DNA from: Batkoa obscura
Lineage: Eukaryota
Length of the DNA stretch: 64,000 bases
Reading direction: 5' to 3'
NCBI GenBank assembly: GCA_030770535.1
Contig: JASVEC010000016.1
Coordinates: 806,001 to 870,000 of the forward strand
The translations under genes and the position numbers were made by a program. This document shows positions 24,855 to 39,094 of the stretch, one piece after another (positions within the stretch are counted from its first letter, which is position 1; each line of letters opens with the position of its first letter). The notes beneath the pieces were generated by a model that searched no databases, had not been told where the DNA came from, and saw only the letters and a list, made by a program, of their open reading frames with translations.

Positions 24855-25838
24855 CTATTTCTTTTTACCCTTTCCTTTAGTTGGTGCAGCTGCTGGAGCT
24901 TCAGCGCTTTCCTTCTTTTTAGGTTTGCAAGTAAAATCAAGGGATGGTAATTCAACATTAAAGATTTCCTTATGTAATCTAAGACCAACTTCATACATAT
25001 TGGCATTTGGATTTTTCTTCATTTCTTCCAAAATAGCATCGGCTAAGATTTTGGGTTTTGGTGTAATGTCAGAAAGCTTCACTTTTTTATCTTCTAACTC
25101 TTTTAACGTTTTGTTGATATCTTCATATTCATATCTATCTGCACGGATACCCACGCCTGGTGGTGCATTTGTTTTAAGGTACTCCAATAAATTATTTAAA
25201 GCTTCTGGATGGGCATCTTTTAATTGTAACAATCTTTTATGAGTTTTCCTTTCAAAGACTTCTTGTCGTTTTTTATGAACGAATGGTGACTTTGGAACCG
25301 CCCAACGTTCAGTTTTAGTTGGCAATGAAACCATACCACTGCATGGAATATTCAATTCATATGAAGCACGTCTTGCGAAATCAACATAGAAATCAACAAT
25401 TGAAGGAATGAAACTTCTAAAATGTAAGTTACAGCTGACTATATTATGCTTGGACTCAATTTTTTGTGGTTCTAAGATATTTAATTTTTAATAAAAAGAA
25501 ATTATGTTTATTTACTTACTTTTATAAATTGGATCAATGTTCTCGGAGTCATTAACTTTAACTGCATTTCTATCTGGTAAAACTGGGAGATCGGCAATTG
25601 GGTCAAACATACTAAAGTTTTTATTGTTAGTTTATGGCCATTAAGTTGATCATTAAATTGATATCAATAAACTTATAAATATTTACGTTGATATTTCACG
25701 AGCTTTAATTGCTGATATTTTTGGTATAGCAGCTATCTAAAAGGTTATTATATAAGAAACTCCTAGGTTTAAAATATAGTTTACCTTTGAAGCATTTGAT
25801 AATATTAAACTGATAGTAGGTCTAACTCGAGACATCAT
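24855..25838 (-). CDS. RSM10: Mitochondrial ribosomal protein uS10m (multi-exon)
   Basis: SLPTKTERWAVPKSPFVHKKRQEVFERKTHKRLLQL; basic, hydroxyl-rich N-terminus MMSRVRPTISL from ATG 25838. Confidence 0.9.
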
Positions 25839-26076
25839 CTTTGATTTTAAATGGTCTTATATTTAACACAAACTCTAAATTGGATTATCAAGATATTAAA
25901 AAATCAGAACTGCAAAATCTTATTGATTCTGTAAATTGAATTTATGCAAAATACTTTCACATTAGTTTGGATAATTTGGATTAATTTACTCATTTAATTT
26001 TGAATAAAAAAATCCCATATAAAAATAAATTCAAATTTCAATTAGATAATCTTTAGTTAATACTCAAAATCAAAAT

Positions 26077-26923
26077 ATGAGTTTCAGGAAAGAAGCAAGT
26101 AAAGTCATCAAAATGACCAAGGACATGGTCAAGGGGAAGCTTATAAGCGAGCCCAAATGGTTAAAAGCAGCAGAAAAATTCCCAAATAGCACAAGTTTTG
26201 TACGCAGTCCTTCAACGTTTACAATTGATGCTGCATTGCCATTTGAAACCGATTTTAAAAAAATAAACAAAATAGTCCAATTTTCTAGTAATAACGCTTT
26301 GAAAGGGAAAGCCACTCTTAAAAAAACAAAATTTGTTTCCCCAATACCACCAAAGATTGTTTATCCTGAAGATGAGCTACGTAAAGAATTCTTTAAAGAT
26401 CACCCATTTGAGTTGGTTCGCCCTGTAAGTCTAGTAGAAAAGGACGGAACACCTGGAGAGTCTTGGGCAAAACTTTTGTCGGAGGATAAGTCAAAGAAAG
26501 TTTCATCTGAAGAGTATGATTTGTTTATTTGTTTATTAAGCGCCTACTAATTTTTTAGCGTTATCAAGTTCCAACTTTATTTAATGACTCAAGGTATTAC
26601 TAAAAACGAAGCTTACGAAATAGCTACAAGGGAATTAACTAAACATCGTATTGCTGAAGAATATGAGGAAGAAATGGCCATTAATCAAGCCAAGAAATTA
26701 GGAGTTAAATTGAGTAAAGATGCTGTTCAACAAGGATTAGAACAAGAAGCTATACATTTAGAAAAGAGCAGAGAAGCAATCGAACTTTCGGACGCTTTGT
26801 AATTTATTTTTTATTTATTTACTCAAATATTTAACTATATTTCTTTATAGACGCAAATCACAGGAATTTACCGCTGAGAAATCTTTCAAGGAGGAAGAGC
26901 CTATTTCTAATCCAAACTTGTAA
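26077..26923 (+). CDS. RSM25: Mitochondrial ribosomal protein mS23/Rsm25 (3 exons)
   Basis: EPKWLKA, PPKIVYPEDELRKEFFKDHPFELVRP, AYEIATRE; last exon 26851-26923 is in frame after intron 26799-26850. Confidence 0.82.
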
Positions 26924-27620
26924 AGTTGTACAATTAAATTGTACTAAAATTACTCAATTATAATAGAAGTATAAAGGTAGAAATTAATATTCTTGAAAAA
27001 GTTCATTACTTTGTATTTTAATTTTAAATATTAAACTGTACTTGTTTAAATGATGAACAATATTTCCTAATGATGAGCATTTTAAAAGGCGAGTATGAAT
27101 GATATAACTAAGTGTAGCACCTTAATCTAATGAATTCAAAGCGTTTTGTAAACCTTTGATTTTACATTAAGGGAGCTTAAAGGAAATATCTTGATTTTAA
27201 CTGAATCAAACAATAATCTCTGAAGGAATCTAAGCTACATTTAAAATTTTAATGATCATGCTTCTCAAATATCATATAACTGCTTCTAACCGTCTCAACC
27301 TTTTTTAGGTATAGCATACTATAGTAACTATTTTTTATGGTTTGTAATAAAAATAATAAAAGACAATTGTCATTATACACACAAGCGTAAAAATCTAATT
27401 CAATTACAGCATCGAATTTTACTTTTATCTTATTTATAGTAATAAACAGTAATTTAAATTATATATATTATAAACATACTTTATAACAATTCCTACAACT
27501 AATATCTTAGATAAAATGGAAGCTTTATTTTCAAAGTACGATTCTATAAAATCATATTGCTTATAGCTTAATGATATTCTAGCTATAGGTTTAATGCGGT
27601 TTGATGATTATCTGTTTGCT

Positions 27621-30164
27621 TTAACGAATAAAAGCGTTAGCACTTTTAAAAACAGAATCAAAATTAATTAATGGTGAGACTGTTTGATGAGACATTAAGG
27701 TTAGACTTGATGCTAATTGACAATCCTTTATAACTAAAGGTAACGTATCTTTAGGGAAGGTAAGGGCCCCGCACCTAGAATACACCATTTCATTTTGATT
27801 GAAATAATATGACAAAAAAGAGCTTAAGGAACCAACCAAACTAAAAATAAATTAGACATTTTTGCCATTATATGTATGTAATTATTACCTATCGCCAGCT
27901 CCAGATACAGAAACAGGAGAATTAATAACTTTTGGAGGAGGAATATGAGATATTGTAATGTCATCATTGTAATTTTGAATTAACAAAACACCCTCAGAAC
28001 CTAATTTGATAACTAAATAAGGAATAAACTTGGATAATTCTATACCCAGTTTGGTAGTATCATTTATACTCAAATTATCATTTACTTGTAGACCGAAGTA
28101 CTTTTCATACATTGCTTTAAGTTCATATTGATTTGGTGAAGCAAAAGTAGGAGCTAAACCATTATCATTGAAGATGCGTGTAGATTTTTTTATTGATGTG
28201 GGCTCAAAAATGGTAACTATTTTATTTTTATGGCTTTCTTTTAATATCTCCTCAATTGATTTTGGTGATAAATTTCCATCAAAACATATCACTTTCGGCT
28301 TTATTGTGTCTATTTTATCTTTGATCAAAGAAGGTGTAATCTGATTTTCAATGATACTCATATCGGCTATTGCCCCAAACAATTGTCCCTTTGAAGTATG
28401 AATTGCATGATATACTGAAGTTGTTTCTTCATTCGATGATTTAATGATGTTATTTGAGTCCTAAATAATATAAATCAAACCTAATAGTAAAGTAAAACAA
28501 ACATACCAATCCATAATTATTAAGTGATTTTAATATATAGTCACCGTACATATCATTTCCAACCACACTTAAGAAAGTAGTTTCACTCCCTAACTGTCGT
28601 GTGGTTCTAGCCAAATTAGCGCCAACGCCACCTAATTCAATCACGACTTTCCCTGGACTAGATGTATTCAATAGATCCTGATTGTCACCATTGGTACTTG
28701 TTCCCACTACATCTACTCCACAGCCTCCGATTATTAATAGTGTATTATTCCCATGTTTATTAACTAAAATTACAAATTTAAAAAAGCTTTGAAAATATAT
28801 ATTAATTTAAACACGTAAGTTATTTCAACAATAATAAAAACACCATTTAATATAATATTAAATTAGAAATTTCATACATTTTAATTATCTTCAGTAAATA
28901 CTTTAAGGTTATAGTACATAATGTACTAAACTTTTATTTTAATTACCTTTTCTATTATCAGTGCTATACTGTCTCTTTGAAAGCATATTGGCGAGTCTTC
29001 CACCAACTACAGCATTATTTTTAACTAAAGAGATGTTGGAGCTTAAAGATTTTCCTTTTGTTAACTCGTTAACTCTTTTAAGTAAAAATGGTGTAACATG
29101 TTTTCCTTCAATATTTTGAGCCACACTTTCTTCAACTGCCATATTTATAGCAGATTGAATTTCATCTCCGGCTTTAGAGAACTCCGGTGGAATAGGCACG
29201 CCAATAACAATACCAGATTGTAAGCCAAGTTTTAAATGAGAGTCTAATAAAAACAGTTATAAAAAACAATCTAAATGAGAGTAATATACCTATTAAGTTA
29301 GTAGCTTGTTCTATTTTTTTCAAATGGATAGGAGACTTGTATGGTGAAGTAGGGGTAAAAAAGGCAGGGAAATAATCAGTTTCGCCTAAAGTAGCAACTG
29401 CTACACCTTGAGTTTCCAAATACTCTAAAGTGCTGCCAATATCTAATATCGACTTTGCTCCTGCGCAAATAACAGTTATTGGGGTACGACCCAACTCAGT
29501 TAAGTCAGCGGAGATATCAAAAGCTAAAATTTAAGTTAGATTAGCTAAGATAAGTTGAAAAATATACTTTTTTCCGCACCACGATGTACTCCCCCAATGC
29601 CGCCAGTAACAAATATTGGTATACCAACTTTATGAGCTAAAATCATAGTGCTTGCAACAGTAGTAGCGCCAATCAATTTCTTTAAAAATTAGCAAATATT
29701 AAAAATAACTGTAAAATGAGTTATACTTCTGATATAGTATAAGATAAATCTCTTCTAGATACTTTCCTAGCCTTTAGTCCAGCTTCACCCAACATATTCA
29801 ACTGTTCTTTTTCAAGTCCAATATGTACATTACCATTTAAAAGGGCAATGGTGGCTGGGATACTCCCTTGTTCCCTTATTATTCCTTCAACTTCAGCTGC
29901 AGTTTCAACATTCTGTGGATATGGCATACCTTAAATTCCATTAGGTATTTATGCCATATGTTTAAACCATTCTAGCTTACCATGAGAGATAATAGTAGAC
30001 TCTAACGCTACTACTGGTTTTCCAGTTTCTAAAGCATCCCTTATTTCTTCGGTTATTTTAAAATTTGATGGTAGTGAATTCAAACTTTTGTTATGTAAAG
30101 ATCTAATTGAATTTCTTTTTATTTGTGATACTAAATTACGTTTAAAATTTATTAGTTTTAACAT
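27621..30164 (-). CDS. Bifunctional pseudouridine catabolism protein: pseudouridine-5'-phosphate glycosidase + PfkB pseudouridine kinase
   Basis: Canonical [37 protein letters not shown]. Intron 28764-28946 splices in frame (..[20 protein letters not shown]) into a PfkB domain: [41 protein letters not shown]. Confidence 0.92.
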
Positions 30165-30602
30165 TTTGACTTTGAAAGATAATTAATAGTTGAATTTTTT
30201 GATTTATATACAGTTTATTATTAAATAGTATTGACACCAACTCACCGAATCAAATATTATTTCCGAACAGCCAATAATAGCTAAGATTCAATACTATTCT
30301 ACGTAAGGTTGAAGCTATTCTTAATCTTAATGAACAATATATATTATAGGACTGGTGTTAAAATGTAATGACCAGATTAATTGATAGATCCGAATGCATT
30401 TATTCTACGAATTCCAATTTTGTTAGATACTTTTAATTTTGTGAAAAATATCTAATATCTTTAGGAAGAATTATTTAGGTGGTTTTAAACTATCGGAATT
30501 AGTTTTCATGATAGTTTATAATTCAATTTATTGGACTTTTAAGAAATCATATTAAGTTACACTAGTCCTTATAAATTAATCATTTTATTTTGTAAGACTC
30601 TG

Positions 30603-31722
30603 ATATTGAAATCTTCTTCACAAAAAGTACATCGATTACACCTATTGATACTTAGCGCTTCCACGAACGCTTACTTTGTGTTTTATATTTGGGCTAGTTT
30701 AAACCCAAGAGGTTATGTTAAAGTTAAAGACACTTAGGTGCAAGTAGTAGCTTGCATTTCATTGCTTAAAAAAACAGTAACTACAAAAAGCTATAAAGGA
30801 AACTAAAAAAGCTTAATACCATCCCTTGAACTATTTGATAGTAACAATCTTCACCAATATCACTCGGTAATGTTTAGCTTGTATTATGTATTCAAGTCTA
30901 TTTAAACCTTCAATGTCTAGCTTGCTCTTCAAGATCATCTTAGTACCGTTGATATTATGTACCATTTGAAATTACTGTCAAAGCTGATGAATATAGGGAT
31001 ATATTTTTGTGTTTAAAAATTTTCTAACAAACTTTCTGCTCAAATAGCATTTAAAAAACGGAAAAGGTGATGAAACCAAAAAGAACGTTCTCATATCTTG
31101 TTCTGAAGAACAAACTTCTCTTAATCTATCAAATCCAATGGCTGATACAATCAATTCTAAATAATAATAATAGCTTTATTGTTACTATTCAATTGCCATC
31201 ATCTTTCCTTCAGGCTCTTTATTGTTTGATAAGCTTTCTAGAATCATAATTTAAACCATGGTTTGAGATTTTAAAGGACCTATAACCCCATGATTATTTT
31301 GATGTGCCAATGAGGTCTTATCACCAGTACTACGATATTTTAAATAGCTTGAGCAAATTTGACTATGTTATCTTGTTATTTGTTCACTTTTCCTATAAGT
31401 TCAAATATATTATTTTCTTTTAATATACAAATTAAGCGTATATATCATAAGTTTTTTACACGTACTGTACGAAGCACAAAAAGAATAAGAGCTAATACGT
31501 CTCTAATATGTAAAATAACAATAACACTAAACCTTTGATATCCTTATAAAAGGTTATTTAAACAATTGACTATACTTTTAGATTCTTTTACATGTTGAGA
31601 CCTTAGTCTTAATTTAATTACTAATTTATAGTTATCCATTTTTAATCTAATTTTACATCTGTTTATACAACTATTGGAGCTTTAATTCCATATATCTATG
31701 TCGCCAAGGTCAGGATATTCAT
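30603..31722 (-). pseudogene. Decayed, intron-retaining duplicate of the DSC3 gene (9650-10649), interrupted by a MITE
   Basis: Reverse complement aligns by eye along the whole gene. Examples: atattcatcagctttgacagtaatttcaaatggtacataat vs gatattcatcagcttcgacaacaatttcaaatggcacataat; ggatttgatagattaagagaag vs ggatttgataggttgagagag; tttgaacttataggaaaagtgaacaa vs tttgaactgattgaaaaagtgaataa. Many stops and frameshifts. Confidence 0.85.
30992..31095 (+). mobile_element. ~100-bp MITE copy inserted in the DSC3 pseudogene, with TA target-site duplication
   Basis: ctgatgaa-TA-[30994..31093]-TA-tcttg, whereas the intact DSC3 (reverse complement) reads ctgatgaa-TA-tcttg. Confidence 0.9.
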
Positions 31723-33996
31723 GGGTTACTTTGTTAAAAAATAATAGAAAATGAAAAATCTGAACAAGGCTAGATATAAACTTAATTTAGTTCTATTTGA
31801 ATTGAAATCCAATATTACAATATCAAGATTTATGGGTATATTAGGATTTGTGTGATAGTTCTTAAAGAGTTGTAATAAGTATAAAATAATTAGCAAATAT
31901 TAACATACTAAATAATATAATTATATTAGAAAACTAATTTTAATTTTTCAATTTTTCAATTTTTTATGAAGTTTATTAGATTTTTATTCTATATTTCAAA
32001 TAATCATAATTGTTATAAAAATAAATATAAAAGTATAAATATTGAATAAAAATCTGACTTACTTAAATAATATATAAGTTTTATTAAAAATGTTCATAAA
32101 ATTCAGAATATTAATATTTCATTTAAAATCTATATTTAAAGTTATTTTAAGATAAATTATTATTTTTTAAATAATGAAACCAAAAAACATTCTCATATAA
32201 TTATTTCTTTATTACAGCTTATTAAAAGAAATTTATGCCTATTTTTTGTTTAATTTTTGTGACACTTGTTCAACTTTTATTGACGCTAACTCTGGAATTT
32301 AATAAATTACTAAATGTTTTTAAAGTGTTCTTGTTATATGCATAAGCATTTATAATTTCAACATGCTTCTGGAAGATTCACCTATACTATACTAAATTAC
32401 CAATTAGTAATTTGATTGCCCTGTAATCTTAAAACGCCAACAGCTCACCTTTAGACAAATTTATACAAGGCAGGATATAAAATTATTATAATTTACCACA
32501 TATAGACGCTGGTAAAGAAGTTCTCAAATGTTTACTAAACTTTTAGTCAATGCCATCTCTTTCATAGCTATCATCTTCATAACTCATTATAAATTACCCT
32601 ACATTTCACTCATTTAACAAGTATTTCCAACGCCAATAAAACACTTAAGGGCTTATACCTTTTCAAGATTTTAATTCTTTTTAAAGTATAAATGAGTTAA
32701 AGAAACACTTATAAATAATTATAATATTATTATCATTCATGATAGTTATAAATAGATTTATATATTTGCTTAGCACTCAATTTTTTAGCTCTAATTTAGT
32801 AACTTATTATATACTACAAGGAACTAAAATACATCATGGTGTTATATATTATAACAAGTTAATGTATGCTATAATTAAAGACAGTTAAAAATGTTAGTAC
32901 AAGAGCAATTAAAACTTTGAACCAAATAAATAAATACATGGGTTTGGTAAACTTACTTATTATGTCCTTTATAACTTACTTATCAAGCTTAAGGAATAAT
33001 TTCACTTTGTATGTTCCTATGAATGAAATATTCATCAAAATTCATCACAAAAGGTTCATCTGAATCTACCAAAATCCAAGAAATTTCAAGCTGGATTTTA
33101 TGTCACATAAATATTTTTTAGATTCCAATATTCAAGTTATTTTATTGTTATTCCATTTATTTTCAAACTTAGAGCAGCATTTAAAATTGCAAATGACAGA
33201 ATTATTTTTAAAAAAACAACTCCGTTTAAATTTTCCCATCACTTCCTATTTGCTTATTAATTCCTCAACTCAAAATTATAATTAACTCAGATATTCTTTA
33301 ACCAACTAAATAAATAAAAAAGTCCATATCCAATTAAGGTTCTATAGTGTAACATTTATAGTAAAATAGAAGACTATGATGAATAGGTAATATTGGCTTG
33401 AATACAAGGATCTATCGATATTAACACAATGTTTAGATTAAAAATAAAGTTAACAACTAATTATAGGACTTTTAGTTGAAAGTGGAACTAAAACTTTTAA
33501 TTGGTATTATGTGGTATGAAAATAAAAAGGTTAAAATAAGTAAAATTTATTTTTAGATTCAATAGTGTAGCTTTATGCATATAATTATTGAAATAAAGTG
33601 GCAAATATTATTTTCATCTTGCATGGGAAATATCTTATAATGACACAATAAATTTATAAAGTGGATATCGAATTGCTTCCTTTGGACTTTGGTCCCGAAG
33701 CACAAATGAAGAAAATATCTCACACTCCTCATTAATCTAAAGCCTCATTCTTTCGAATCGATGTTTTGTCTCTTACCGCCTATTCACTCCACTAACATCT
33801 ATCCTTTTTAATTTTTCTTAAAATCAATTTTTATAGCTTCTTTTTTAATTGATTTTTCTTTATTTAGAATCAAGCATTCATTTAACAAAATGGAAACTTT
33901 ATTACAAGTATATAAATAAAATTAACTCTCACTTATAAATGTAAAAAAGTTTTTTTTCTCACTTCAAGCTTTAAACTCAATTACAAAACTCAAATA

Positions 33997-34866
33997 ATGG
34001 CAGGTGAATTTGTAAAAAGTTTTCTTGTTGGTTATTTGATGTTTCTACAATTTCAAGGTCAAGCGGTATGGAATATATTAAATTCAAAGTTTGATTCTTT
34101 TTCTCTATTATTAATTGGCTCTTATCTATGTGCATTATCAACCTACTTCATATCTTCTTTCTTTTTTTATCTTGTTGATATTCATTACTTTACGAATTAT
34201 TCACAATATAAAATCCAACAACGTAAAAAAGAAGTTCACAAAGACTATATAAAAGCATTGCCAGTTGTTTCCAAGAATTTTTTGTTGATTGCATTTCCAT
34301 ATTCCTATTCATTATATTATTTGTTGCATCCCACTTCTCCGATGTATTCCTCTTTAGAACGGGCAAAGGAATACTTTAGTCAGGTACCTACAATTGGCCA
34401 GTTTCTAAGAGATATCATCATTTATTTACTTATTACTGAAGTTGGGTTTTATTATGTTCATCGATTACTTCATCATCCTTTACTTTATGCTAAATTTCAT
34501 AAACTGCATCATGAGTTTACCGCCCCCATTGGTTTAGCAGGTAAGTTCATTTTTCTATATTCATTTTATCCTTTATTAACTTGAATAGCTGTTTATGCCA
34601 CTGTCCCTGAATTCATGTTTTCTAATATGTTACCGTTAATGTTGGGGCCATTAATATTAAGGTCTCATCCACTCACTGTTTATTTTTGGTTTATATTTGC
34701 AATTTTAAATACAGTGACAGTCCATTCTGGTTATAACCTTCCCTTTTTACGTCCTGCCGCTGGTCATGATTATCATCATGAAAAATTTCACTATATGTTT
34801 GGGTTGCTGGGCATCCTAGATCGTTTTCATAAAACGGATGGTGATTTTAATAAGGCTAAGAAATAA
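33997..34866 (+). CDS. Fatty acid hydroxylase / sterol desaturase superfamily (FAXDC2/ERG25-like), paralog A; intron 34541-34588
   Basis: His boxes FYYVHRLLH, HKLHHEFTAP, HSGY, HDYHH; YKIQ motif. Confidence 0.9.
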
Positions 34867-35388
34867 GTCTTTCTTTCTTTCTTTAATATATTAAATTTTG
34901 GTCAAAATTAAGCCAAACTTATTGTAGTCACTGCCTATTGCAGTTATATATAACTCATGACTGGCAATTTGTTTATTTATTTTTATTTGATGAGTTTATT
35001 ATGAATTTTTTTTAGCAAGGGTTTTATTTCAATATTTAAATTAGATCCACTTCATATTAAAAGTGATTAGATAAATTGTTTTTTATAGTTCGAGTAATCT
35101 CAAATTAAAAAGAGTATTTGATTTAATATAAGCAAATTTCAAAGGTTGAACTATGTAATAAACTATAGCTTGATTATATTAAATGAATATTTGTAATATT
35201 AGAAATTATCTAAATTTAACAAAAAATTTATAGCTTAATTTAAGTTTCATTTTAAAATATTTGTAAAAATACTCTTGTTTTGTTCAGTTTTTTTGATGAT
35301 AGTTTTTACAATAGTAAAAACAATACAACAAAAGTCAATAAGTGAATATTAATATGAAATTAATTTTAAACTTTGGTTCATTTTAATA

Positions 35389-35490
35389 TACAGGGATGTG
35401 TTTTGTATTTAACAGTTTTACTAACAATTTTCCCACCCAAATAGCGCTTAAAAGATGGAAAAAGTGATGAAATAAAAAAACACCCTCATA
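35389..35490 (+). mobile_element. ~100-bp MITE family copy
   Basis: TA-cagggatg..caaatagcgcttaaaagatggaaaaagtgatg..caccctca-TA. Confidence 0.85.
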
Positions 35491-35848
35491 TTTTAAACTT
35501 AGAGTTATTAGTTTTGTTAATTTATATTTTGAATATTACAATAAAAGTAATATCGTATAATGAACAATGTATCAATTCATTATTCTATTTTAAAAAAACT
35601 TATTAAGTTAATTGATATTATAAATTAAATAATGATATAGTAATATTTAGATAGTTCTATATTTGATTTGATCCTCACTTTTGATATTAAAAATAAATAA
35701 GTAAACTGTAGAAACAATAGAAATATCTTATTATTCTAAATAATAGAATAACTAAAAAATAGACTAAAAACATTTTACTTGATAAACATATAATGCAATT
35801 CAATAAAGTAGTGAAAATGACTTAATTCAACCTTACAATCTTTTTAAT

Positions 35849-36350
35849 TTAAACAAATAATCTTGGGGCTTTATTTTGTAAATATAAAAATTCGTCATAT
35901 TTAACTAAATCTAAATAAATATTAAAAAATAAACAACTCAATCAAAACAAATAACATTAATCTTACCAAAATTATCGGGTAAAGCATAACAAGCAAGTGC
36001 AGAAATTTTACCATCTGGTAATGCTTTACCTACAATTTCTACAATTTTACTACGAACTTGAACATTCTGTTGAACAATAATGGCAATGGTTAAAAATAAG
36101 ATAATATGATATAACAAAAACATGGAATTACATTATTTAATAAAATTTCAACTCTTCCACGATCCGATGCTTCAAGGATACCAAATTCTGGATTCATCTG
36201 ATTTCAATTATTTCATCTTAATTTAACTAATACGAATTAATTCATAGATAAATTTAAACTTACACTTTCAACACTGCCAACGATACGAACAACTTGATTG
36301 ATGTGAGCATTGATTTGACTGGAATTAATTCTTAACGTTGGGGTATCCAT
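35849..36350 (-). CDS. RFA3: Replication protein A small subunit (RPA3/Rfa3), multi-exon
   Basis: MDTPTLRINSSQINAHINQVVRIVGSV..LEASDRGRVEI..SKIVEIVGK..DNFDLVKYDE..PRLFV*. Confidence 0.8.
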
Positions 36351-36606
36351 TTTAAAATACTCAAGTTTTCAATAAATAAATAAAAAGATGAGTTAAATAA
36401 CATTAAGCTTGGTTCACCTTTATTTAGTAAATTGATGTCGAAAACTAAAATTTTGGGCCAATCAAATAGGTTGAATTGGATGCGTTTATTGTATAGAATT
36501 TGATTTAAGGACAAAGTATAATAAAATTGATAATTTATATAATAAAACATTCGATTAATAAACATAAATTAATTATACAATATAAGCTATTGTTTAAATA
36601 TTTTTA

Positions 36607-38797
36607 TTATTGATTCATTTTAAGATGCAAATTTAAACTAAAATCCATAGACATCTAAAAAAATAAAAAAATAAATGTCACTATTAGCATTCCATAATAA
36701 CAATATTAAATATTCTTACTTGTTTATATTTTTCTAAATTAAAATTTGGGCAAATTTCAATTTCATCTTTAGGAGAAAAGTATTCCAACAACAATAAAAT
36801 CAAAAAATCAATAGCTGCAAAAATACAAAATAAGATTCCAGAAAAGGGGCCACAACCATAGTACCTATATATAAAATATCAAATATTAATCTTACTTCTT
36901 TAACTAATAAACAAAATAATGACTATAAGTAATCTTACTTTTTTAATCGATTTAATAACGGAGGATGTTGTGATTTTATAATTTTAAAATAAATCTGTAA
37001 TAAAAATTTGATTTATACTAAATAATTTCAATAAAACATAAATAAACTATTACTCTTTCTGTTCTATCACAAACGTCAGCCCAAGAATACATTTTCATTA
37101 CCTTTCGATGCATTTTAAATGGATCAATTGGTGATGTCTGTATTTTTTCAATTGCTTCAGATACCGTTTTAATCATATCTAAATAAATATATTCAACGAA
37201 AAATTCAATTTAAAATTCAAAAATTATATACCTTTTTCTTCTGGCATACCAAAATGTAACATATCTCTTGGTAATACTTCAGGTATACCACCTACTTTGG
37301 TACTAACTACCATTAAGCTAAATAAAATACAAAAGTTAAATTTAAATTTTAATATAAATAAATCTTATTTTTTACCCACAACTAGCCGCTTCTACCACAG
37401 CGATACAAAAGGCTTCGGTTAAACTTGTATTTAAAAATATATTCCCTTTAACTAATACCTTCATAATAAAATAAAATAATTTAACAACTAATGATAATAA
37501 CAATGATAAATACTTACTGATCGAACGTCTTCTTTTTTAATTTTACCTAATAATTCCACTCGATCTGTAATTAAATGTTTTTCTCTCATTTGTTCTAAAT
37601 CCACTCTTTTTGGACCATCACCACCTTAAAATTTATTGTATTAATTAATATCAACTATAAATAAATTATAGCTTACCAATTAAAAACTTAACATTTGAAT
37701 ATTTTTGACAAATTCTAGGTATTATAGCTACCAATAAATCAATACCTTTACGATAGACTAATCTTGATAGTACAACTATAGTAACTGATATAAAAAGTAA
37801 ATATTATTTAACACAACTAATGGAATTAAAGAATACTAAACTTAGGATCCGCTTGTTTAGGATCAGGTAAAAAATTACTAGGAACAATAGCATTTGGAAT
37901 CACTGATACAATATCAGGATCTAAGTTGGCCCTTAATACCGTATTTTCTCTACTAATATAAGAACAAAATATTAGTGATATTATAAAAAATAAACTTTCT
38001 TCAGTTTTAGCATTGTTAAAAATAGAAATAGGAATTAAAATTAAAATTGATATAAAAAAATTACCAAGTATGTGAAACGCATATCACATGATCAATATCA
38101 CTTAAATTAAATTTTAAAAATTTATTCATACCAATGGAAGATGTATCTGCAAATCCAAATAAAGAATGATCGGTAAAACAAGCTTTTAATCCCATAGTAC
38201 GTGCATGAAAAATAGCTTCTAAAGCCATACAAGAAAAGGCCTAATATTAAATCATTAATATCAATTATTAAATGAAAGTTTTATAGTTGAGTTAGATGAA
38301 GTGTGATTGTCAGGAGAGTGTTAATAAAGAATAAAAAAAACACAACTTACTTGATGTCCATGGACAATGGAAATCTTTTCCCTTATTACAATATTTCGAA
38401 ATAGGGGAAAAAATAAGAATAAATTGGGAAAAGTAGCTTGATTATAAATAACAAAGTGAGGGATATAGTATACTTTTAAACCATTTGGTAAATATCTTAT
38501 TCCTACTCTTTCATTATAATTGTGAGTGATCACAATTACCTACAGTTGATGGATTAGTCAGTTCCGTTGAAAATGATGATAGATTTTATATTATGGTTGG
38601 GAAAACGAATGATCACAACTTACTTTATGTCCTTTTTCTATTAATTGCTGAGCTAAATGATAAAGATGTGATTCCACTCCACCTACATTAGGGAAAAAAA
38701 AATCGGAGACAAAGCTAATAAATAAACAAAAAGGTTATAATCAAGAGAAATAAAAGCTCATTAGATCATTAATTAGTTACCATATATTTAATTTCAT
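36607..38797 (-). CDS. SPT14: GPI-GlcNAc transferase catalytic subunit PIG-A/Spt14/Gpi3, many introns
   Basis: [93 protein letters not shown]. Confidence 0.95.
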
Positions 38798-39094
38798 TTT
38801 CTGCTTTTATTTGGTCGTTTTAATAATGTCATTAATTAGAATAAAAAATTATAAAAAAATAGAATTTTGATTTTTGCGTCTTTTTGAATCTATTTTTTGA
38901 AATTGAAAGTTGTAATACAATATTAATCAAATTAAATAAGATTAAAAAGTAAAGAAAGTAGAAACTTCTATAAATTTGTTTAATAAAATATAATCTATGA
39001 CTAGGAAAAGAGGATTAAATTAAGCTCTTTAAAGATCTGTTAATAATAAAAGATAAATAAAAACTCTATAAAAATAAACAATAAATTTACTTAT

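Noticed and set aside
22017..30164. Indigoidine pigment biosynthetic cluster (IndA annotation)
   Set aside because: IndA-family proteins are pseudouridine-5'-phosphate glycosidases; no IndC-like NRPS is present in the window.
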